Shown in pieces: positions 14,272-27,631 of a stretch of DNA of 64,000 nt. The notes beneath the pieces are model-generated. The model had not been told where the DNA came from. It made no database searches and saw only the letters and a program-made list of their open reading frames with translations. Origin of the DNA: Octopus vulgaris. Its lineage: Eukaryota. The DNA is taken from the NCBI GenBank assembly GCA_951406725.2, contig OX597815.1, forward strand, positions 100,068,001 through 100,132,000, given 5' to 3'. A program made the position numbers and the translations under genes. Numbering within the stretch: the stretch's first letter is position 1; every line of letters starts with the position of its first letter.

Positions 14272-14674
14272 AAACAGCAAACAGGATGAGAACAAATATC
14301 CGTCAATTGTAAATAATGTAAATAATGTATGTATATATATATATATATTCGGTTTAAGTAATTGAGATTCAAGTGAATTCTAATGAATTCACATGAATAT
14401 GGTCCTTAACTAGGATGCACCGGAAATCTATATGGTGTTAACCATACGACAAGTGGGGTGATTACAAATAGGAAAAAAGCAACAAGAATGGATTAAATGG
14501 ATTAAAACTCGGTACAATATATATATATATATATATATGTATGTATATGTAAAAAAAATACAAACTGGGACAAGAACGCAAAACATTTAGGAGACGATAC
14601 AAAAAACACGGACGGGACATTCGAAGCCTTCAATCTTCAGTCAAGAACCGGATCATCCTCGCAATTTCGACTGA

Positions 14675-14767
<93 letters not shown>

Positions 14768-14888
14768 AGTAATAAGGGTGAAAATTGCATATTAATTTGA
14801 TTAATAACAATTATAAAAACCAGTGGTCTAGCATATAGAAAACTGAAGATTCAGAAAAATTATATTACATAAATATAAGAGGAGTAAA

Positions 14889-15217
14889 CACTAAGTGGAC
14901 ATCTATTATGCAAGAAGTTGACCCCCATGGTCTTACCACTGAGAAAGGAATCTTCTCAAGAAAATTTAGCAAACACCAGAACGTAAGCGAGCAAGACTCG
15001 CGTCTGTATGCGTCTGTAAATAACGATCTACTTTTCTTTCCAACATATTGCTGGTGATACTATGTGCCAGTTTGTGATTAATCTGTATATTTTGTATCTT
15101 TTCATTTGTCTTGCTCGCTTACGTTCTGGCGTTTGCTAAATTTTCTTGAGAACATTCCTTCCTTAGTGGTAAGACCATAGGGGGTCGACTTCTAGCATAA
15201 TGGATGTCCACCTAGTG
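14889..15217. repeat. Imperfect foldback, ~110-bp arms (~14889-14997 / ~15108-15217)
   Basis: Arms are reverse complements with scattered mismatches. Related sequence at ~25590-25740 and ~57600-57760. Confidence 0.85.
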
Positions 15218-15301
15218 GTCATCCCCGGACACCATGATAGATCGTTAGCTACTACAAGCATTTTTTCTCTCCTTGTTTCTCTCCTTGTTTTTTTCTGTCT
15301 A

Positions 15302-15339
15302 TCTTTCTGTCGAAGAGCGTAGGCTCGAAACGTAAAAGA
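15302..15339 (+). ncRNA. Minimal hammerhead-like motif with CUGUCGA core variant
   Basis: UCUUU-CUGUCGA-A-GAGC(GUAG)GCUC-GAAA-CG-UA-AAAGA. Confidence 0.65.
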
Positions 15340-15430
15340 CTTTTTCTATTCCTGAGCGCTATACTAATACATTTGTCTGTTTGTACTCCACCTGCCTTCG
15401 TCCTTTGTTTATTTTCGTAAACTTTCCTCT

Positions 15431-15490
<60 letters not shown>

Positions 15491-16094
15491 GTGTGTGTAT
15501 AGATTTATGCATATATATACATGTGTGTGTGCGTATATACGTATACATATACGTATAATATGATTGTGTATGTAAGCGCGCGCAAACTTGAAGACTAAAG
15601 AAATTTTCTTACAAATTTTCTTTACTCTGAGGTCAGTATGTTAACGTGATAAAACGAAAAGAAATACCAAAGTTTGTTCCCAAAATTTTTTTCCAATAAT
15701 TATAATTAATTTACTAATTTACCTATTTCCCGACACAGTTTTACAAATAAAACCAACTTTATTTATTTGAGCAACAATGAATAAAAATGGCCAATATTTA
15801 ATAAGGATGATGGGTAGGCGGATCTGAAAGATTTGCTTCCAATGTGTCATAATTTAAATAGAATTTCACTTCATCTCTCGAAGCGGATTTTGCACACAAA
15901 TTGTACTTGTTTTCATTTCTTGTTTTCTTTCTAATCGTACACTAGTACATATTATTGTTTCAAACTTTTTTCCGCTCACCACCTTTGGGCTCTGATTGTA
16001 GATAAACTACTCCACGGTTGTATTATTCCAAATACAATACAATGTTATTCTTTAAATAAATATATTTTTGTCTCACTCCCGCTCTCTTTCCATT

Positions 16095-16162
<68 letters not shown>

Positions 16163-16481
16163 TGTTGTTTTATAATCACAGTTAAAAACCACAGGGTATG
16201 TTTTCTAAATGAAATCTTTCCACTGCTATCAAAACATGTAAAAAATAATATTAAAAAAATCAGTTTGGTTCCATTTCTGATTCAAACAAAACAGTGCGTT
16301 GCACCCGTCATTCTGCTTTCTACCACACCCACTAAGCCTGTACCCCAAGGGTTTGCAGTACAAATGAACGTGCATGCAAAGCTCAATATATGAACGCATT
16401 TATGCAAGCATACACATACGTACATATACACATCTAAAACACTATCATATTTACATAGAAATATATTTAAATATATGTGTG

Positions 16482-16543
<62 letters not shown>

Positions 16544-16955
16544 TATAATATGATATAATATATATCTGTGTGTGTTTGTGAGTGTGTGTGTATGTATGTA
16601 TGTATGTATGTATGTATGTATGTATGTATCATATTATGTCATATCACATTGTCATTCTGTATATATTTTCTTAAATGACATCGTCTCTTTAGAAATTTAT
16701 ACCTGCTTATAGTGTCCCTCCCACCAATTTCTAAACCCAGAGAACGTGAAAGGAAACCAACTCTCATCAAACTACTATTTACTTTCAGTTTCTAATTAAT
16801 GTATAACGAGAAGATATTAAGCTTTGGGCCATATCTTATTTAATATTGGTTTGAAACACTAAAAATTATGGTTTGGGAAAAATGCAACGTACTCATACAC
16901 GCACGCGCGCGTGGTTGTGTGCATGTATATATATATATATATTAACATTTAGTAT

Positions 16956-17304
16956 CAGGAGTGGCTGTGTGGTAAGTGGCGTAGGGGTGACTGTGTGCTG
17001 AATAGCTTGCTTACCAACCACATGGTTCCGGATTCAGTCCCACTGCATGGCACCTTCAGCGAGTGTCTTCTACTATAGCTTCGGGCCGACCAAAGCCTTG
17101 TGGGTGGATTTGGTAGACGCAAACTGAAAGAAGCCCGTCGTATATATACATATATGTGTATGTATATGTTTGTGTGTCTGTGTTTGTCCCCCCCCCCCTC
17201 CAACATCGCTTGACAACAGATGCTGGTCTGTTTAGGTCCCCGTAACTTAGCAGTTCAGCAAGAGGGACCGATAGAATAAGTACTAGGCTTACAAAGGATA
17301 AGTC
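16956..17304 (+). mobile_element. OK-like SINE, 3'-truncated, with duplicated head
   Basis: Homologous to 53767-54195. Confidence 0.85.
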
Positions 17305-17457
17305 CATAAAAGAATAACAGAATAAAAGAATATATATATATAGGAGAGAGAGAGAGCATATATAAAAATACATATATTTATATATATACACACACACACA
17401 CATATATATACATACAGTGCATATGTATGTATGTATACACACGCATACACATACATA

Positions 17458-17503
<46 letters not shown>

Positions 17504-17639
17504 TATACATATATATACATATATATACACATATACATATGGATTTACATACGTGTGTGCCATAGAGGTAACGAGTCGATGTACTAAATAAGCTTAGGGT
17601 ATATGTGCGAGTATATAGATGTGTAGTTCCATGATACAG

Positions 17640-19300
17640 ACATGAACGCATGGATCGGCTACCAGAATCTTTTGGGAGTGTTCCTCACATGTAAACCCTG
17701 GAAATATTAGTCAGAATGAAGATAGCTGCAAAATTTAAGCTATGAATAAATGTCCAACGATTCGTACCTACAAGGTTTTATAAAATCTAAGCCTTCCCTC
17801 GTTATAAAAAGGATATCCCAAAGGGTCTCGTTCTCTGTTCATTTTGTCTCTAATACTTTAATATGTTAAACTTCACTGGACCCGGGTTTAAATGACGGTG
17901 TAGGACAACTTCAACTGTCATTTTACGTACATACGAAAAACCTAGAGATGTATGCTGTAGAGGATAAACAGCAAAAGAGACTGAAAGAATAAGTACTAAG
18001 CTTAAAATATAAGTTCTGTGGTTGATTTGTTCAACTACAACCCTTCAAGGCGGTGCTCCAGCATGGACACAGCCAAATGACTGAAACACATAAAAGAGTA
18101 AAGAGTAAATAGAATCACTTTGCTATATTACATGGATTTAACAGGGAAAATTATAGGAGACACGGATTAGAAAATGCACCAAGGCAATCTTAAAGAGAGT
18201 AATATATTTTAAACCACTATCATGCAAGGAATAAAGTTTAATGCGCAGAAATGTCTATTGTACAATAGACACAGAGTACAATAGATGCAGAGTACGAAAG
18301 ACGCAGACTATGATTGACATAGAGTACAATAGGTACAGAGTACAATACACATAAAGATGTTAGGAAAGTGTATTGACGCATTAGATTAATACTTAAAGCG
18401 TAGCTAAATATAAAACGTAGAATAATAGGCTTTCAATACTCAACGTAGTAAGTTAGAGTAGTATTGGTCTAAACTGTGTATTAACTAAATTAGCAAGACT
18501 AAGTAAAAGAGAGAAACAGTTATTGTATTTCGACTACAACACTCTCAATTCTACACAGAATTCTACAATTGCCACGAATAGAGCGAGTCAAGGATGTTAT
18601 ATAAATTTAAAGGCTATTATAAAACATCAACAGAAGGATTAAAAAATAACAAGAAAACATTTAAATAACAAAAACAAAGTTTTAAGTGTCAAATAACTGT
18701 AGAGAGAACAGAATTAACTAACCACAGAATTTGTTTGCAGACAGAAAAAGAGCAGACTACCTAATCGGAGTGTCCACTAGGACCTTTCTCCAGAGTCAGT
18801 GTACACTTCTTTCTGTCTGCAGAGAAATTCGTAACTAATGTTTATGCAAGCCACCAAATACGGCAGTATCAGAGAAATAGAGCCTCAATTTGTGATTATA
18901 TCAATAAGCCTGAAGGTTCAATTCTTGAACCGGGTGGTGCTTTGTATCTTTGAACAAGTCACTATATTCCACTTTACTCCAATCAACTTGACTGTAGTGT
19001 GTATTAACCGAGTACCAGAGCATCGTTAACCCCATCCTCACATCATTTGTCACATCTTGGATGTTGCCCTATGTCAAGGGCGAAGTATCGAGAGGATATC
19101 TATGTTTACTCATAACTACGTAGATATCATAAAACAGCTAGCAAAAACATGGTATAGTAGTATTGCTCTGAACTGTGTGTTAACTAAATTAGCAAGACTA
19201 AGTAAGAAAGAGAAAAAGTTATTACATTTTGACTACAACACCCAGAATTCTACACATAATTCTATAATTGCCACGAATAGAGCGAGTTAAGGTTGATTAT
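17640..19300 (+). mobile_element. Highly degraded non-LTR retrotransposon RT remnants (R4/Dong-like), interrupted by SINE pieces
   Basis: Broken motifs resembling GIxQGDS (~17810), Y..DDL..YA (~17930), GLEKCTKAILK (~18165) and LY.PR..GGRGL (~18565, ~19265). Confidence 0.45.
18260..18355. repeat. 16-bp minisatellite, about 6 diverged units (GTACAATAGACACAGA)
   Basis: Units start at 18260, 18276, 18292, 18308, 18324 and 18340. Confidence 0.75.
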
Positions 19301-20655
19301 ATTTTACTTCGATCACAGTTATCCATATATTTTTATTCATAATGTCTTAAAACAATAATTCCACTGAGATGTAATTCAGAAAGGTGAATTTCACAGATGT
19401 TCAAATAGAAGTCTACCTATCAAAGGAAACTCTCGCTATGAGGCTGTATTTTTTGTTTGATGTATCATGGTTTATAATGGGAGGTGAATCAATGCCAAAA
19501 ATTTGTATGGAACAAATAAAAGATCTGATTTTATCCTAACTTTTACAATTACTAAAATTAGTATGTGCTTGTGTGTGTGTATGCGTGTGTGCGTATGTGT
19601 ACGTGCACACGCTGAGATAGAGAGAAGAGAGGAGAATGCGAGGAGCAATAGCAAAAGAAAGGGAATATAAAGAGAGTCAATTTAGTAAAAGACTAGAATC
19701 CCAGGAAGCTAGTAATTGTCTGCATCAGTTAAAAGGAATAATTATAATCCAAACAGTGGAGTGATTTATCCAATGAGAAAGGGTAATGTCTAACGTTTCG
19801 AAATTGTTGAGATGATGTCTAATACGTTCCATAGAATTGTTGTTTAACCTAAACTGAGAATTATGGCTTACGACTTACCGGTTGGGGACCACCATATCGG
19901 GGCAATATTGTCAAATGTTTCGTTATCGTTAGAAACTAGGGATTTATTGGTGGTGAGGAATCTTGGCCTGTTATTTCGTTAGCGTGTGTTCATGCTGAAA
20001 TAAGGCGCTGGGATTAAGGCGTGAAGAAGACAATCTACATAGGGAGGTAGTGTATTGATTGACAAACAAAAGAGAGAGAGAAGGGAGAAATAGGGAGCAG
20101 GATGAGCGTCATTAGAGAGAGGGAGACAGACAAACAGAGACAGGAAGAGAGAGAGAGAATTACAGAGAGTCAGCCGCGTAGATAGATAAGCAATAATGTA
20201 GACTTCCTGCGGCGTAGACACGGCTAGAGACTGCCACGCCCCAGTGTTTGAGTCTCGGTGATATTTACAGAATCCCCATTGAAGTATGCCGCGTATTGAT
20301 GACCCTCTCTCTCTCTCTCTCTTTCCTCACTCTCTCACTTTTCTCTTTCTCTCTCACACACTCTCTCTCTATCTCTCTATCCCTCTCTCTCCCTCTCTCC
20401 ACAATATCTCATTTAATTTCTCTTTTCTTCATTTAACAGTTTTCTTATTTTCTCTCATCTTCCTCCGTCTTTTTCATTTCTCCCCCTCTCTCTGTGCCTC
20501 TCCTTCTTCCCCTATCTCTCACTCTCTTGCGCACGCGCACAAGCATATTCTCTTTCGCGGCATTCGTACATTTTATGCATTTTACTTTCGTTTTAAATGC
20601 ATTTAATTTATTTGTTTATATTGGCCCTGAAATCATCATCATCATCCCCATCATC

Positions 20656-20689
<34 letters not shown>

Positions 20690-21085
20690 TTACTACTATC
20701 ATCATCATCATTATTATTATTATTATTATTATTATTACCTTTTATATTTTTATTATTACTTCTCCCACTACTACTCTAACTGCTTTTATGCTATAATGTG
20801 TGTAAATACATAAGCCACATCAGCAGAGAACAACGTACACATATTCACACATACACACACACTCACACACAACATAAACAGTGTAACCAACAACAACAAC
20901 AACAACAGCAACAACAACACCCTGCGCTGAAACCAGACCACGCCTCTGTCTTTTGTCGATCCCTTCCTAAGATCTACACCCGACCCAACGACCATCTCTC
21001 CGCGGGGAGGTAGAAGAACCACGTAAAAAGAAAAAAAAACATATAGACTAAAGGCAAAATACCATGATTTAATAAAGTTGACGAA

Positions 21086-21141
<56 letters not shown>

Positions 21142-21241
21142 AAAAGAAAGGAATGAAGAATATCGACATGATCAAATTCTAAAGCCAACGAGATCTACCT
21201 CTGTCTTATATGAAAAACAAAACAAAACCGATGTAACTTAC

Positions 21242-21295
21242 CTCCTTAGTGCTTGGAAAACAAGATCTTCAGATAAATGCAGTTATGGACCACCG
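21242..21295 (-). other. Candidate 54-nt non-coding exon
   Basis: TACAG acceptor and GAG|GTAAGT consensus donor; stops in all three frames; weak polypyrimidine tract. Confidence 0.3.
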
Positions 21296-21397
21296 CTGTA
21301 TATAATATACGTTCTTGTACGTATATATACACATACATACGTACTATATATGTGTGTGTGTGTACCTGTAAACATACATGCACACATACTATATATT

Positions 21398-21585
21398 TGT
21401 TTCCTTATTGCTCTCAGGGGGGGCTAAACATAGAGGGGACAAACAAGGACTGACAAAGGGGTTAAGTCGATTACATCGACCCCAGTACTTAACTGGTACT
21501 TATTTAACTGAACCCGAAAGGATGAAAGGCAAAGTCCACCTCGCCGGAATTTGAACTCAGAACGTAACGGCAGACGAAATACCTG
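21398..21585 (-). mobile_element. OR-like SINE, partial
   Basis: Contains the CCCGAAAGGATGAAAGGCAAAGTC block shared with 23960-24130, 33681-33848 and 62089-62219. Confidence 0.75.
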
Positions 21586-21594
21586 TCAGCATTT

Positions 21595-22050
21595 AAGTTC
21601 TGCAGTAATTTTGGGAGCAATACTTTTGTGATCCTTTCTAACAATTCACTTAAGAGTTCGACGGTCCCTATCTGAAAGTTTTGGTTTTCTTCCGGAGGTT
21701 TGTTTGGACGAGGAGGTTTTTCTCTCTTTCTAAAAGGCTGTCATTATCTTCGAGACAGTACCTCGTGATACACCAAACATTTCAGCTGTCTTTGTTACGC
21801 TAGCGCCTGCCATGCGAGCACCGACAATTTGACCTCTTTGAAAGTCCGATAGATCTGTCATTCTAGTGAATTTTAATTACCTTTTTCTGATAATATCTGA
21901 AAAGAAACAGCAATTTCAGCAAATCACATTAAGTAACATTAAAAATATATCAAAAATCATCAACATAAACGAGCATTTGACGGTTTTATAGATACTTCAA
22001 AATTATGACGCTATGATCCTGAGTGTTTACATTATTTTGTCCAACCCCTG
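21595..22050 (-). mobile_element. Tc1 fragment (5' TIR plus transposase N-terminus), same family as 8168-9432
   Basis: TIR ends CCAACCCCTG-TA; ATG at 21861 reads MTDLSDFQRGQIVGARMAGASV. Confidence 0.9.
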
Positions 22051-22060
22051 TATATATATA

Positions 22061-22470
22061 CTCTTTTACTCTTTTACTTGTTTCAGTCATTTAACTGCGG
22101 CCATGCTGGAGCACCACCTTTTAGTCGAGCAAATCGACCCCGGGACTTATTCTTTGTAAGCCCAGTACTTATTCTATCGGTCTCTTTTGCCGAACCGCTA
22201 AGTTACGGGGACGTAAATACACCAGCATCAGTTGTCAAGCAATGCTAGTGGGACAAACACAGACACACAAACACATACACACACATATATATATATATAT
22301 ATACATATATACGACAGACTTCTTTCAGTTTCCGTCTACCAAATCCACTCACAAGGCATTGGTCGGCCCGGGGCTATAGCAGAAGACACTTGCCCAAGAT
22401 ACCACTCAGTGGGACTGAACCCGGAACCATGTGGTTGGTTAGCAAGCTACTTACCACACAGCCACTCCTG
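22061..22470 (-). mobile_element. OK-like SINE, near full length
   Basis: tRNA-like head, internal microsatellite, (GTAAAAGA)n tail. Confidence 0.9.
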
Positions 22471-22636
22471 ACTTGCATTTACCAACTCATTTTGCAAGAT
22501 TCTTGATGTGAAATCGTGTGTGAAACAGATATTGTTGTATTTCGGAATGGTCATGTTATTTTTTTTTTACCAATAAACACACGCACTATATGTATAATTC
22601 TTTTCTTCACTCGTTTATTACTGTTATTTTATTTTA

Positions 22637-22713
<77 letters not shown>

Positions 22714-23357
22714 TGTTACGAAAAGAAAATATAAAATACACGTGGAAATGTAAGGGTAAAATGTGAAAAATCAACGAAAATGCATATTGCAGATAGAAAA
22801 AGGCTATTTATGACAGGTAGTGACAAATATATACATTCAGATTGACTGAGGTAGTAATACGAGTCATAAAGGTCATTATTATGAGATGATTATAAGAAGT
22901 TAATAATAATAATAATGTAAGAGACCGTAAGCAGAGACGTATATATAATGTATGTATGTATGTATGTATGTATTTACAATTGCATCTTATGAATTGTTAT
23001 GAAAAAGTGTTTTGGAAGTAACCACTGCAAATCTCAATTTGTCAAAATGTACGTGCATGTTTATGTGTGTGAGAGAGAGGGTGAGAGGAGAAAGAAAGAG
23101 AGAAAGAAAGAAAGTAAGAAAGAAAGAAGGAAAGGAAGATAAACAGAATGAAAAGAAAACAGGAAGTAAACAAATGCGTAAACGGACGTGAACTAGCTTA
23201 AACTAGCATTTAATAAAATGACAGGTAAATAAGAAAACAGGAAACGGAGAGAGAAATGGAAGGTTGGAGAGAGAGAGACTAAGATAAAAGTATGATATGT
23301 ATACAAAGAGTCAGAGAGAGGTGGATTGATGATAGAGAGAGAAAATACACTATCAAG

Positions 23358-23434
<77 letters not shown>

Positions 23435-23959
23435 CTAATAAACACATGTGCGCATACACGTGCACACACACACACACACACACACACAGCCACAACGCAT
23501 TTCATACCCACGTACATACACACATGCGAGCGAGCGAGCGCTCACTACATGCATAGCACAAAATTATATATATAAATATATATATAAATAAATATATAAA
23601 TAAATAAATATATATATATATATGTGGAATTGCAAGGCATATATTTCCTGAAATCTTTTTTCGCCGGAGGAACAATTTAATTATCCAAGTTCTAAACAGA
23701 TTGGAACCAAATTAGCATGTTTTGACTTGCGATGCAAATGTCTATCGGCACATCGTAGCTTCTTGCGAAACACACGTCACGTCTAACCACAGTAAAATCC
23801 CCTCATTACACACTGGCTCTGATACTAATATCATGTACTTATACAATACTGCGATCTAATTTACATACTGAAACGTTAAATAACAACTGAACCTGTCGAC
23901 CCGATCCTCACCCAAAGCTATAGAAAAGACAAAACATCAATGACCTATTTTCAGATTTT

Positions 23960-24130
23960 TACACAAGGCCAGCTAGTTCAGTGCTCAACTGGTACTTATT
24001 TTATCGACCACGAAAGGATGAAAGGCAAAGTCGATATAAAATATAAATTTGAATTGAAAACGTAAAGACGGACGAAATGCCGCTGGGCATTTTGCCCGAC
24101 GTGCTAACGATTCTGCCAGCTCGCCACCTT
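23960..24130 (-). mobile_element. OR-like SINE
   Basis: Head GGTGGCGAGCTGGCAGAATCGTTAGCACG plus the shared body block. Confidence 0.75.
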
Positions 24131-24997
24131 AATAAATATTACAGCCACAGTGAGGAGAGAAAAATCATTTGCGTAATGATTAGCTGTAGTAAAGAATGGC
24201 AGGAGAAGTAACTCCGTATTGTCAATTAAATAACTTTAATTAAAAATAGGCAGTGGTCATGCATTGGGAAATGATGTTACGCTTAGCTACTATTTTTTAG
24301 TATACACCGAGGAACTCTCAGAGGTTTATTGCCTTCTGGGTTTGAATATACTATAACCTTTGACTCCTCGAGACACTGCCTAATATATAAATGTGCATGA
24401 TCAAGGGATCAAAGGTTTATGTGTGTGCGCGCGCGTTAGGAGTGGGGTGCGTGGTGTTACTTGTTCAACCCTCACAGCTCTCTCTTCTGGAAGCTAGACA
24501 TTCTCCATCTTTTCCGGTCTTGCTTGCTGCCTTTTCGAACAGTAACGTGTGATCCTCCTCCAGTTGGTTGGTCTACAATGTGGTCTGCCGCTTGGGAAGT
24601 CAAGGCAGAACACCAAAACCACATAGTTATTGTAAAATCGTATAACATAGAAGAGCTATTTGAGCTTTTCCTTCAGTATGTCTCTAATGCCGCTTATGTC
24701 AGTAATGCTGTTTACCATGTGGAGAGCATTGATGAAAAACTGTTTCGTCGCCCGTTCCATTACCATCACAGAAGTATGCGCCTAAAATCACTACATTTCA
24801 AAACTTTCTTCAGTGCATTATATTGCACACACACGTGCGTGTGTGCGCAGATATTTGTGTGCGTGTGTGTGTGTACAGTATGCGTAAGATATTTGAGGAC
24901 GGATTTATGTTTATAAAAAAAACATTAAATGACAGTTAATAATTTTATAATAAAAAATGCTATGAGGATAAAAATAAATCTTATTTTCTATAATGTT

Positions 24998-25310
24998 ATT
25001 CAATAAAGCCACATTCAACTTCAATAACCGCTTCTGTGCGAAATCTATATCATATACATGCTCGAATCAAGTGGTCCTGGTTCATTTCGGACATTACTCT
25101 GACTATGGCGGCTTTCAAAGAATCTTTGGTGTTATGGGCGTGTTCATTGACCTCTTTCACAACAACGCTCAACTGCTCCAATGGATTGAGATCTGGGGAA
25201 TTAGGAGGCCAAATATTAGAGGTTATGTTGTCATGGAAATTTTGAACCATCCATTCCTGCGTTACTTGAGCAGTGTGTGTGTGTCATGATGCAGAGTCTT
25301 GCTGAAAACC
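24998..25310 (-). mobile_element. Tc1/mariner (maT-like) transposase C-terminal fragment
   Basis: IWPPNSPDLNPLE and HNTKDSLKAAI in ORF 25050-25250, followed by RFRTEAVIEVECGFIE*. Confidence 0.75.
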
Positions 25311-25515
25311 GTATGGCTATCGCATGATTACTCACTTTTGCCATCTGAGAAGACTGAAGCAACGTAAAATGAAGTGTTTTACCCAAGAACACAACGCATC
25401 CAGGAATCGAAACCAAATGTTACGATCATGAGCTCAACGCCCCTAACTACCAAACCACGTACCTCTACACATACATATGTGTATGTATAATTCTTTATAT
25501 GTATAAATATATATG

Positions 25516-25587
<72 letters not shown>

Positions 25588-25754
25588 AAATTTAGAGGAT
25601 TGACCACTAAAAGTAGACAGCCTGAATGCTAGATATAGACCTCAAAATCGTCGTTTTCCACGGAGAATGTGTTCTCAAGAAAAAATTCAGCAAAAAAAAC
25701 AAAGTGTAAAAATAAGCAAGACAAATTAAAATATACGAAATAAAAAACGATTAC

Positions 25755-25830
25755 CTATGTACTAATTAGTTTCATTTGTTAATAATTTAGGTATATGAAT
25801 ACATAAACATCTGCAAGATCATCAGCATAG
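25755..25830 (-). ncRNA. Type I hammerhead ribozyme motif
   Basis: CUAUG-CUGAUGA-(weak stem II)-GAAAC-UAAUUA-GUA-CAUAG; palindromic stem III. Confidence 0.75.
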
Positions 25831-25894
25831 TCTATCGTTTACGAAACACAATTTCTAGAACTAGATACAGAGCACACACACACACACACAAACT

Positions 25895-25930
<36 letters not shown>

Positions 25931-26719
25931 ATATGTTCCTTATGCATTCGAAAACTTAGCTGCCGATTTTGACATATGGGATATCAAAATGTTCAGTAAT
26001 CTTTCGGCTACCAAATAAACTTTATTTTCATTTGCATATTTGCATTACAAAAATTTAACATTATAATCTTTCTATAAGTCAACTATCGTAAACGACATTT
26101 TATACCACCACCACGACATTACATTTTCTATATGAGTGCATATGTGAGTGTGTATGTCTGTGTGTGTGCATGTGTGTGTATGTGTGTGTTTCAGCGTTCG
26201 TTACATACATTAGGCTGATGACTGACAAGTATATGCGCTTGAGTGTATATGCGTGGGAGATGGACAGAGATAGGCCTGAGGTGTGCGTGAATGTATGTTT
26301 GTGTGTGTCTGTCTTAGTATATGTATGTTAGTGCACGTCGGAGTGTATGTGTGTGCGAGTGTATGTGTGATAATTTTTATACGTTAGGCTTCAGACAATC
26401 ACACACACATATATCTACACACATACACACCTACATACAGACACACATATATATATATACATATGTGCTTAAGTATGTATGTGTCTGTGAGTGTGTGTAT
26501 GTGTGTGTGCGTTTGCATGTTCGTTACGTACGTTAGGGCGATGACTGAGAAGTATATGTGTGTGAGTGTATGTGACAGTGTAAGTGTGCGTGAGTATACA
26601 CACATTTTTGTGACGACTGACAGACACACACATACATATACATATGTGTATGAGTGAATACGTGCCTGTGAGTGTGTGTGCGTGTGTGTATTTCCGCGTT
26701 CTTTACTCTAGTAAACTAT

Positions 26720-27631
26720 AGTAAAGGAATTTTACGCCGTTTTAATGAGCCCACATCTAATGAACTAGCCATCCTTATGGTAGGTGATCCCCATGAAAGT
26801 CGTGATATACTCATTCGTGCTCGAGATAACAACCTTAGACGTGTTTCACAGACTCATCTCTTTTATGATGCTCTCCAGTATCCTCTTATTTGTGGAATGG
26901 ACAAGATGGGTACCATTTCAATATTCCACAGATTGAACCGGCAACAGGAGAGGCAATTACAGACAAGAAGGTGCCGTCGAATGACTTCTATTCTTACCAA
27001 CTGATGTTAAGATCAGAACAATCAAATCAATTACAAATGTATCATGATCTATTTCAGCAATACCTGGTTGATATTTATGCTAAATATTCGTAACAATCAA
27101 AAAAGTTAAGGGCTAAAAATTATGTTCATCTCCAAGACGCTCTCTATGTACTAGAGGCAACAATCATAACAGGTAGTCACAAAGGTGAAAATGTCTTTAT
27201 TCCAAAAATTCGTCTCATACCTATAGATGTTGCATTTGAATTTAAGACACTTCAGTTTCCAGTCAAACTAAGTTTTGGTATTTCAATTTAAAAATCTCAG
27301 GGCTGGTCCCTCAAGATAGTTGGACTTGAACTCTCTACTACATGTTTCTCCCACGGCCAACTCTTCTATATTGCTTGCTGGTGAGTTGGAAGCAGCAACA
27401 ATTTATTCATTTCGCCACCAACAAAACTTTACACGATGAATATTGTTTACCCCGAGGAGCTTCAACTTTGACAGATTTTCAGTTCGAAATTCTATTATCA
27501 TTATAATTTGGATATTTTAAAATAAAATATAGATATTTTAAAATAATTATCAGAATATATCTGTATATTTATTGCTTACTAATCTGAATAAGAACAACAG
27601 TAACCCGATCAACGACGGGTCATTCAGCTAG
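26720..27631 (+). mobile_element. Internally deleted Helitron (RepHel fragments and 3' terminus); 5' part may extend to ~25890
   Basis: RRFNEPTSNELAI...YDALQYPL and LFQQYLVDIYAK (Helitron N-terminal region) joined to VFIPKI...QFPVKL.F...KSQG...CFSHGQL (Pif1-like helicase end). Hairpin ACCCG..CGGGT at 27603-27620, then CTAG|T. Confidence 0.9.

Noticed and set aside
18260-18355. CRISPR-like array (also considered for 60290-60570)
   Set aside because: Eukaryotic context, degenerate units, no unique fixed-length spacers, no cas genes.
24461-24916. 151-aa ORF
   Set aside because: No recognisable domain and it ends in (GT)n; the minus strand looks more like a decayed LINE 3' end.
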